A stretch of 64,000 nucleotides of DNA from Trichoplax adhaerens (Eukaryota; Animalia; Placozoa), in the NCBI RefSeq assembly GCF_000150275.1, contig NW_002060946.1, positions 6,863,855-6,927,854 on the forward strand, read 5' to 3'. The notes beneath the pieces were generated by a model. That model had not been told where the DNA came from. It did no database searches and saw only the letters and a program-made list of their open reading frames with translations. Below, one piece after another: positions 22,801 through 32,438 of this stretch. Each line of letters opens with the position of its first letter. Positions within the stretch are counted from its first letter, which is position 1. The position numbers and the translations under genes were made by a program.

Positions 22801-24383
22801 ACCGGCATGTCCGTATCGGGGTACGGTACATTTGTTTCCTGTAAACTTATTTCTACCGCACGAGCGATATCATCATCCATTTTGTCGCTAGTTAAATCGA
22901 TTGTGATTTTATCAGCTTGTTTAAGAGTGTCCTTATCTGCAATCGAAAGACAATTACGATAGCTATTAAAAATTTTTGGTCAAAATGCACTTTATCCTTG
23001 CCGTGCACGCTAATTACTACTATCCGAATGAGCATTAAATTATCAATATCAAAGACAGTAAACATCTGCAATACACTACTACTGTATGTTCATAATATCA
23101 TTTAAATTCGATTCTTTGTGGTAAAAGATACAAAATTATCCTTCAAATAAGTCTTACTGTGCTCTTTTTAAGTACCGTTACATCGATCTGTTTTTTTACA
23201 ATATCATTCCATATGTCGTAATAGTGGAATCAATTTTAGCATGCTATCTACCTTCTCATTATAACTAATCATGCACTATATGCAATGGTGCTGATTGATC
23301 AGTAGTGACGTTACCGTCGTTAGAAAAATGCAGCATAAACAATATAATATATTCCAATACACAGTGATATATTTTGCAAATCTTATGTACTACAAATGTT
23401 AACCTTCAGTAAGCAAAATATTTTATCTAAAAACAAATATTACCTGTCGGCTGAGTCGCACTCTGTGTAAGTGATCAATCGAGCATAAAATAAATGATAA
23501 TTAGTTTTCAATTCCGCTCAAGAACATTACAACAATCTCTTCCAATCAATCAAATAGTAACGGTTATTTAGTCTTTAATTACATGTATGAGTAATTATGT
23601 TTAATCAAGTTTTAACAACATGTACCAACGTAAAGTTTATTTACCTCCTGATTATTAGTATTGAACATTTCTAAGGCTTTTTCTAGATTACCGTTACATG
23701 CCTATGGGAATGAATGGGAATCATGCAGAGATTGATATGATGCTAAATATGAAACATTAGTATGTTATTGGTTTACTTAACATCGTTTTAATCAATAAAT
23801 TCATCTATCTTGGTAATATACATTGGTTTTAAGAAAATCTAGTTGAAGGTTAATTTTGAAATGAGTGAGTATACGCCGCAATTGTAGGCTCCTATACCTA
23901 CAGTATACAGTAGTTATTTGTATACGCAAGACAATAGCGTCACTACATCAAGTTTACGAACGATAGATCTTTTAATGAAAAACTATGAAGTATTGCATTA
24001 AAGTAGGGCCAAACTCTTCTTAAATTTAAACTATGATGCAGTAGCATCAATAAGATTGATTGATAATTGCTATCTAGATGATACTTATCTGCAATCTTTA
24101 AAAGATTGTTTTTATAATGTAGTAGGAAGAATGGTGAGGTAGCTTCCATCATGAAAAGCGTTACGTTGAGACTAACCTTCAGTACTTTTCGAATTTCTTC
24201 TAATGGTTTACCGGTTAACTCATATAACTGATTGATTTGATGTTGCCATGATGCGTCGTTGTCGTCTTCCGGGCTATTAGTAGATTGTTGTATATGCTCT
24301 TCTTCCTGTAAAAGTCATTTTTTCAACAATCAGGCTTAAAAACAAATTGGAAGATATTATTGGTAGTCTATGGTGACTACCAT
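16813..24383 (-). CDS. USP25/28: Ubiquitin-specific protease USP25/USP28 family, multi-exon
   Basis: UBA ([34 protein letters not shown], ~24250-23650), SIM plus UIM ([22 protein letters not shown], ~22910-22840), second UIM (EEQNISRVIEAS), Cys box [16 protein letters not shown] (~22312-22265), [37 protein letters not shown], His box [20 protein letters not shown] (~19246-19187) and C-terminal domain exons to ~16.8 kb. The start (ATG 24383-24381 spliced to the exon at 24305) and the last exon (stop 16815-16813) are uncertain. Confidence 0.92.
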
Positions 24384-24898
24384 CTCTGTTCAAAGTTGCA
24401 TAATCTCTTGCATCATATCATCAACTATATTATGCTCTATTTTGATATAGGATAAGATTGGTCTATGAGATCAAGGTAGAAGCTGTATGCCAGTAAAAAG
24501 TTGGCCCAAGTCAGGGCCTAGTGGTGATAAAGCTGTCCATCAGTATCATCGATAAGTAGCATACTGCTGTCGATCGAGGTAGTCCAATACACTAATCGTA
24601 TAAAGGTATTTGTATGGAGATGGATATATCATATGACAGTGAACGAGTTCAGTTCTGCAGTCTACATGTTATTTTCGCCTGAAAAAAAATGTGAGGAGTA
24701 CGAAAGCTGATTGAACTACAGTTAATATCATGGTCATAAGAAAGGTGAAGATAGTGTAATCCTACAAAGCAGCAATCCTATTTTATTGGACTACCAATAG
24801 TGGATTGCAACCAACGATCGACTAAGATATTCGCGTACTAGCGGTGTAGTACTCAGTCGTAGTCATTACTATAATACAAGACCTGCTAACATGCTTTC

Positions 24899-24980
24899 NN
24901 NNNNNNNNNNNNNNNNNNNNNNNNNNNNNNNNNNNNNNNNNNNNNNNNNNNNNNNNNNNNNNNNNNNNNNNNNNNNNNNN
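24899..24980. other. Assembly gap (82 N)
   Basis: Run of N bases. Confidence 1.
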
Positions 24981-25378
24981 AAAATAGTGTAATACGATAC
25001 TATTGACGCTAAAATTATCGAGAAATTTTACCTGAACGCCATTAGGTTGCTTAATTGCCATCATCAAGCTACATAACAAGAGACATTAGGCTCGTAATCA
25101 TGAGCGTAGAGGGTAGCTAATGTATAGGGGGAAAACTTTTGGTTGCGTACGCTACAGTATGGAGAAAAAAAAGACAGCCAGCCAGTGGCAGTAGCAGAGG
25201 TTGCGCAGTCGCAGTGGAAATAGACCAATTTCCAAGTTTCAATGACTGTCGTATTCAATTCTCATACTGTCCACTACTAAGCTACTCAGTCATGTATTAG
25301 CAACCAAACAACAGACTAGACTAGGATAAAAGGAAACGAGGACTTGCAAATGTAGATGAATGCTTGAATACCCCATAG

Positions 25379-26226
25379 TTGAGCGTCTCATTATTACTAG
25401 TTAGAGTGGTGCGCGGTCAATTAAACGTTACAGTGCTGTAGCCTGTAGTACTACAGTACTGTACACTGTGTACTGTACAGGTATGAGCCACTTTTCTTTC
25501 TTGAAGGTGCTATTCGCCAATATAAATTGTAGTAAAGCTGCACAATTTGCCGAAAATTATATATATATATATATACAGATAGATACTAACGTAACTGTTC
25601 CAGATCTTACTGTAATCAGAAATTCAGTACTGTCTGTACTGCTGTCTTTATTATTGTACTTTTTGAGCGTCTCGTTATTATTAGTTAGAGTGGTGCGCGG
25701 TCAATTACGTTACAGTGCCGTAGCCTGTAGTACTACAGTACTGTACACTGTGTACAGGTATGAGCCACTTTTCTTTCTTGAAGGTGCTATTCGCCAATAT
25801 AAATTGCAGTAAAGCTGCACAATTTGAGGAAAATTATATATATATATATATATATATACAGATAGATACTAACGTAACTGTTCCAGATCTTACTACAATC
25901 AGAAATTCAGTACTATCTGTACTGCTGTCTTTATTATTGTACTTTTTGAGCGTCTCGTTATTATTAGTTAGAGTGGTGCGCGGTCAATTACGTTACAGTG
26001 CCGTAGCCTGTAGTACTACAGTACAGTACTGTACGGCTATAGGCCACTTTTCTTTCTTTTTTTAAGGTGCTATTCGCCAATATAAATTGTAGTAAAGCTG
26101 CACAATTTGAGGAAATATTATATATATATATATATATATACAGATAGATACTAACGTAACTGTTCAAGATCTTACTGCAACCAGAAATTCAGTACTGTCT
26201 GTACTGCTGTCTTTGTTATTGTACTT
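25379..26226. repeat. Three-copy tandem repeat, ~284 bp unit, near-identical, each with a (TA)n tract
   Basis: Units start TTGAGCGTCTC at ~25379, ~25663 and ~25946. Each carries AGAGTGGTGCGCGGTCAATT, the palindrome CTGTAGTACTACAG, AAGGTGCTATTCGCCAATATAAATTG and (TA)n of variable length. Confidence 0.97.
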
Positions 26227-26834
26227 AAACAGCTATAACTAACTGACTGGCGGAAAAGAAAAATCGACGAAAAAAGGTGCGAAATATAGGAACGGAATCA
26301 CCAATTTAAAAAAAGGCAAATCAGATTTATCTTTCAGTACAACTCGCGTAGGGTACAGTGTCTGTGCTCTATCATGGACTATTGTACTAAATACTTACAA
26401 GTATTGGGGGTCTAGGACAATTGACCGCTGTACAATGTAGTAATGTAGTCTAGGATAGAAACAGTATCAATATAGATTTGATATTGTGAGGATGAATTGA
26501 ATACTTTGCAGCGTTCAATCCTTGACACTGTAAAATTAATTGAATGCAGTAAAGTATCTGTTTCGATATTACCAGGGTAGATTAAATACTTTACAGCATT
26601 CAATCCTATACAGCGTCAAATTAATTTAATTTAATACGGTAAATTGTCTGCAGTAAATTATTCGGGTTTCGTCCATGACGATGTTAGTCTCCGAGCTGCA
26701 ACCTTGGTGATACAGTGTATTGTACAGTATGTACTGTACACTGTACACTGTACAGTACACATTCTTCTCGGTAGTGACTTTTTACGGAACTGTGTATTGA
26801 AGTATAGTACGCATGCACAATGTTTCAATGCATG

Positions 26835-26848
26835 ATCGCCATGACAAC
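26835..26848 (+). promoter_or_regulatory. RFX X-box-like element upstream of RSPH1
   Basis: ATCGCCATGACAAC versus consensus GTTGCCATGGCAAC, ~190 bp upstream of the ATG of a motile-cilium gene. Confidence 0.55.
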
Positions 26849-27038
26849 CATTTCGTTTGTATACTACTGTGTACGACTACCGATAAGCTGACTTTAAAAT
26901 TCTAGTCATTTCTCAAGAATATTTTAACTACAGTAACGCTTAAGCTGCAGCAAATTCCTGATTAACGGTTACATTGCCCCCATCGTAACGTAGACACTTA
27001 TTTCTTTTAATTAATATACAATTATATATCTGTAAACC

Positions 27039-29018
27039 ATGTCTGACATATCCGAAGAATATGAAGAGGAAGATCAAGGCCCAAATTTGGGGGTAAGAAA
27101 TCCATCTTTCGTGCTAATTTCATCAAAGCTATGCGATGCAGTTTGAATTTGTTAATACCTTTAGTCTGAATGATGATACGTATACTCATTACAGTTCTAC
27201 TAATCAGTTTAATTAGTATCTTACATCCGTAATAACGGCTAATGCAATCAGAGTTCATTTTTAACAATCGATAAATACGAGACGCCAATGTTACCGTACA
27301 ATCGTTCATTTTTTTGATAAAGCTCAACATGTTATCATAAAGACTTCAATGTGCGATAACAGTATAACGCAATGATATCGGATTCATTATCTTGATGACT
27401 ACATATTTTTGCATAGCTTAATGTAAAGAATGATAATTAAAAACTGATGAAAAGTTAATATAGAGAATAACTCAAAAGCAGGTATTAAAATGTTGATCAT
27501 TTTATGTTGCATAGGAATATGACGGAGAAAGGAATGACGATGGAGAACGTCATGGATTTGGAAAAGCGATTTTACCAAACGGTGACACTTATGAAGGCTA
27601 TTATGAACACGGCAAAAGATTTGGACAAGTAAGAAAATTGATTATTATGCTTGTAAAGTGTAGGCAACCATCTATTCACAGTATGTGCTGATCATTTGAA
27701 GTAAGTAAATCTATAATAATCTTACAAAATATTCCTATTAGGGTACCTATCGTTTTAAGTCTGGAGCTAGGTATGTAGGAGAATATTATCAGGGTAAAAA
27801 GCATGGCCAGGGAATTTTTTGGTATCCAGATGGTTCTAGATATGAAGGTATTGACATATTAAATTAAGAATTATTCCATATTCTGCAATTAGATTGCTTT
27901 ACTTTATAAGGGTGATGATCTGCGTAGAAATGAAATACTAACCTTATTAAATCGGTTACAAAACTTGTCATTTATACACATAGGAAACTGGGTAAATGAT
28001 CAAAGGCACGGTAGTGGTACTTATTTTTACGCTAACAATGATCTCTACGAAGGAAATTGGCTCAATCATCAGAGACATGGGCAAGGTGTTTATACATATG
28101 CTGATACTGGAACCAAAGTAAGTTAGGCATTACCGTATATGTGCTATGCACACTCGTAATAACGTGGAGTTGATAAAGTTGTTATCATATAGAATGATAT
28201 TCTCTTCACTGCTGTAATGTCATCGTATAATTTGACGTATGGCCATTTTTTTAATTCTTCGCAGTATAAAGGAAGTTGGGAGAATGGTAAGAGACAAGGA
28301 TTTGGTGAGTTAATTCATGCAAATCATTCTTATCAAGGCAACTTCACAAGTGATCAGGTAGATATATATTTGTAGTGATTTATTCTATTGCGATGGCTTA
28401 TAAAGAATGTAGTTTATTGGAAATTAAGAAGATATTGCAGTCTATTAGCGATTAAAAGGTAATTTTTTTTATACTTATTGAATAGCCTGAAGGAAAAGGA
28501 AAATATATTTTTGATATTGGTTGTGAGCAACATGGAAATTATGAGCTTGTAGAAATAGTAAGTTTATGGCTGTACTAGTATTTATGCTTTATACTATGTG
28601 CGAGTATTGATGGAATTGAGACCAGGAATAAATATTACGGCAATTGCTTACTCAACTTTAACTATTGCAGTCGCAAGGTGGAATAAATGAAGACGATGAA
28701 CCCGTTAAAATTGTTGTCCCTACATGGAGAAGCGGCAAAGTTAAAGCTAGGAATGTAATTAACGATGACGAAGTTGAAGATATATTGAAGCTTGATAGTA
28801 CCAATAATTCTCGCCCTGAATCTGCTGTGATAGCAGGTAATGGAGAGAATAATCAGCCAGTAGAGGCTAAAGATGAAGAAACTGTTAATAATGAGACGAA
28901 TGATGACAATACCAATATCAGCGAAAATCAAGAAGGTTCGGTGGTACCAGACGTAGTAGCTGGGGAATCTGAGGCACCACCGACCCTGGCGGTAGAGACA
29001 CCAGTTGCAGAAACTTAA
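27039..29018 (+). CDS. RSPH1: Radial spoke head protein 1 (MORN repeats, acidic tail), 7 exons
   Basis: Exons at about 27039-27092 ([18 protein letters not shown]), 27515-27628 ([28 protein letters not shown]), 27742-27847 ([29 protein letters not shown]), 27984-28117, 28265-28357, 28486-28557 ([19 protein letters not shown]), 28671-29018 (acidic tail, TAA). Collinear with RSPH1 as I recall it. Confidence 0.95.
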
Positions 29019-30562
29019 AAGGATCTCATACCTATCACTATAGCGCTTACAATCATTCTTGATAACACTAAGTAAAAAAATCTTCATTTGAGAGACATCT
29101 GGCTATGAATTGTGATGCTGTAAGCTTATCCCATTGATTTTTCATTGGGCACTATTTTAACGTAATGGTGCTATAATCTGTATGTACTATTTTCTATCAT
29201 TTGTCTCCATTTATAAGATCAATCTCACTCGATTAAGTCTAAATAACTCTAAACCTACGTACAGACAATTATTAGTATTGTAATTTACTGTTAGAAAAGC
29301 AAAAGTCACTAATAGTAGCTTCATGATATGTTTACTTTGATGCGTACGCGATAACGTTACGCTGTCATGCAATATCCGCTTGTAATTAAACCATACTCTT
29401 GCAGTCTTGCTACCATCAATAGCTTGTGTTGTTAATATTTACTGTAATATGAAATAAAATACGGAGATATGATAAAGTAATTCATAATACTGCGTCTTGC
29501 ATGGGTGATATCGCATTTGGATTATTGAATTTTGACAACATAGGATTGTTTCCTATAGAGGATTTGAATCGATAGCTGGCGAGTAATTGCTGAGTATTTG
29601 TTTTGAGCTTGTTTGTCATTACGTAATTGCAGCGGCGCATTCTTGTATGTTAATCCCACTACATATCTGCTAGTGCGATGCACTCCTTACTGACGCTCCA
29701 TCTATGGTGATTTATAGTGAGTTGTAGTCAAAGGATGGTATACATACATATATGGACTAGTTAGATATTCTCGCGGTATAGTTTTATCTGGTAGTCCTTG
29801 GCCAATGGTCAATATATACTGTAAGGGTAAATACTTTACTAGACAGGACCGTTTGAGTGGAATTGATTCATTAATTGATTCATGATTATAGAATACACAA
29901 TAACTACTGCTGCAGCGCGAGTTATGAGCCTATTGGCTGCAAAGTAACAGTGCTAGATGTTGTAATTCACATACTACATCTATGCAGTAAATATTAAACC
30001 ACTGTTTCAGCTTGACTTGTATACTGACTGAACGGAGCGTACACGTACCAGTGACGGATGGTTCGAAATTTCAAAGAAATAAAATAACTCCATAATGCAG
30101 TCAAGATTATCGAAAAAAATATCAAGTGCCAATGGCTCAAGGTTGTAGAGATCTGTCATGGTAAAAATTTAGCCAAATTTAAAGTAAATACCTTCAAAAT
30201 TGAAAGACCTAATTAAGGGCTACACTATGGCTGAGCATTCGAGCAGTTTTCAACCGGTATCTACTGTCTGTTGTTATATAAGATGGAATATAATAAATAA
30301 ATACTGTGGATGTTATCAATATAACCACGGTACAGATGTACGCTTGTCAGTGTACACATGCTAGCTGCCTACGTGTAAATTATACAGTATAGCATAGATA
30401 GATTGATATTCTGTTATGTCAGGTAGTAGCCTCCTCCTGCGTGTCTCTTTAACGTTCTACCTATGTGCGTTGATTCTCAATCTACAAATAAATCCACTCT
30501 TCATCCTCTCATCGTCTTTAATATCAAATATTGTGTATTTCAAGAAATCATCTTACATACTG

Positions 30563-31082
30563 TACTGTATGTTAGCGGGACGTTTGCAATCTACTTACTG
30601 TTTCGCAAACGTTCGCTAACATAGTGTCATAGGGCTCGCCAAGCCCATGAAATGGTGGTGGCAAAATGATTGCAGGTAGCGCATAAAGAACAATATTAGA
30701 CTACTATAGTCAATTTGGAAAATTACTATAGTAGCTGGTATCGGAGGGCTTTGTAGATTACTGTAGAAGACCGGTTTATTAATTGGTTGCATCGACTTGT
30801 ATTATACCGTATAGTACACACGATGCAAGCAGACATTCGGTAATAGAACCGATAAATGGTAACATAATGTACAACGTTATTATCAACATCCTGTAGTTCA
30901 ATACGGCACGTATTCGTAGTGACAAGAATCCATTCTTGAACTAATCTACAGGCTTGGTTGTTAATGTAAAAGCAGAAGACTGATGGCTTGTGTTTGCGGA
31001 TGGGTGTGGTGCTGTTAATACTGTACCATACTTCTGACATGGACTACAGATGTGAACTTGTCACTATTTTAGTCCAGTTTTT
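30563..31082 (+). ncRNA. Candidate structured non-coding RNA domain, family unknown
   Basis: Back-to-back hairpins: 30569-30622, 30627-30650, 30694-30740, 30787-30828, 30890-30952, 31002-31033, 31040-31076. Several have multiple G-U pairs that work only on the + strand. No credible ORF. Confidence 0.5.
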
Positions 31083-31282
31083 CTTTCTTTCTTGATTTAG
31101 TTCACCGATTGAAAAGTACAAGCACTGTATGGAGCAAGTTGTGTAACGTATACAGTAGAACTGCGCAGTCCGAATCAGTCGAGGTGTCACTTTTCTAGAT
31201 CTAACCTGTTTACGCTATACTATTTACCTGTCAACAGGCTCAGAGATCGCTATGTAAATGAGCGCATACAACAGAATATATT

Positions 31283-31680
31283 ACACAGTGTACAGTGTAC
31301 AGTGTACAGTGTATAGTACACTCTAAATGGAACATTCTACAGTACGTACAGTACAGTACATACAGTACTGTACAGTACAGTACAGTACACTCCAAATGGA
31401 ACATTCTACTGTACAGTATATACTGTAGGAATGAGTCATACTGAGTCATAGTGTCCACGCACACTGTACAGTACATACTGTAGGAATGAGTCATACTGAG
31501 TCATAGTGTACATACACTGTACAGTACGCAGTACAACACAGCAAGTCGTGAGTCATACAGTACACTACACTACAGTACAGTGACTATGGTCTGTACTGTA
31601 CGGTACTGTACTGTACTCTACTGTACAGTGTACAATACGTGACTGGAACAATGAGGTTTGTACTGTACACTGTACACTCT
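31283..31680. repeat. Low-complexity TACAG/CTGTA array with internal duplications and five TGAGTCA sites
   Basis: (TACAG)n-like units switch to (CTGTA)n after ~31590. Duplicated blocks GTACACTCYAAATGGAACATTCTAC and TACTGTAGGAATGAGTCATACTGAGTCATAGTGT. TGAGTCA at 31432, 31442, 31487, 31497 and 31549. Confidence 0.9.
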
Positions 31681-31998
31681 ACAAGCGGTACTAGGAACAG
31701 ACTGCGCTGACTGGAAATGGGAAGAACAAGTTTTGTATGACAAAAATCATCCAATAAACGACTTGCAGTTAGACCGGACAGTTGCAGTAACCGCCGATCC
31801 TATAGTAATAGCAAGGCGTAGAGACGTGTTCATCCATGATCGGTTTTGAATTTTCTCCCTATTTTTATTTTGCGTGGTGCTAGTAGTTGAAAAGAAATTG
31901 GCGTTATAGGAAACATCTAAATCGCAAGTGTCATCCTCTATCGGTAAGTAAGTGAAGAGAATTAATTTTACTTTCTGATTAGCCATCATCCATGTCCA

Positions 31999-32438
31999 TG
32001 TTGGATTAGTGCGGCGGCATCATGCACTTTGATGTGCTGACCGTACTCCCATACTGGGCGATTGATTTTAGCCCACCATGGTATCGTCGAGAGAGGGTTC
32101 CGTTAACGCGCTAACCCCTCTCCTAGTCACCATGGTACACTGGTACTGGACCAGTGCGGGGCAAGGGATGCCATCGGGAAGATGGAATAGCTTGCTTGCA
32201 ATCGAATTTTTTCATACCAAATATTCTTGCCTTGAGAATACTTGTAGCCTTGATTTCTACGTTAGGCTAGACAGCGCTATATAGCGATGGCCTTGGAGTC
32301 GGTAGGCTTCCACGGTCGAAGGATTGATGAGTTGATCATTGGCAGCAGCGATATCCAGCGATAATAATTGATCAAGCATGATCGACGCTAGCCTATCGAT
32401 GAATCAGGGCTGCAAGTTTGATTTTGGTCACAACATTT
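31999..32438 (+). ncRNA. Candidate large (~440 nt) box H/ACA RNA
   Basis: Closing stem TGTTGGAT(31999-32006)/ATCCAGCG(32353-32360), immediately followed by box H ATAATA (32361-32366), a 3' hairpin TGATCAAG(32369)/TTTGGTCA(32430) and ACA (32433-32435) plus 3 nt. The 5' domain contains at least 8 internal hairpins and is locally GC-rich. Confidence 0.6.

Noticed and set aside
25468-26065. Two similar ORFs (114 aa and 101 aa)
   Set aside because: They are translations of the tandem repeat, including the (TA)n tract (YIYIYI), with no protein-like features.
25379-26226. CRISPR-like or SRP/Alu-like reading of the repeat (GTGCGCGGT..GCCTGTAGT)
   Set aside because: No unique spacers, the context is eukaryotic, the resemblance to 7SL is only a few bases, and there is no SRP S-domain.
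30416-32284. Short ORFs across the structured region
   Set aside because: 63-104 aa, on both strands, no recognisable domains or consistent exon chain; RNA structure explains the composition better.
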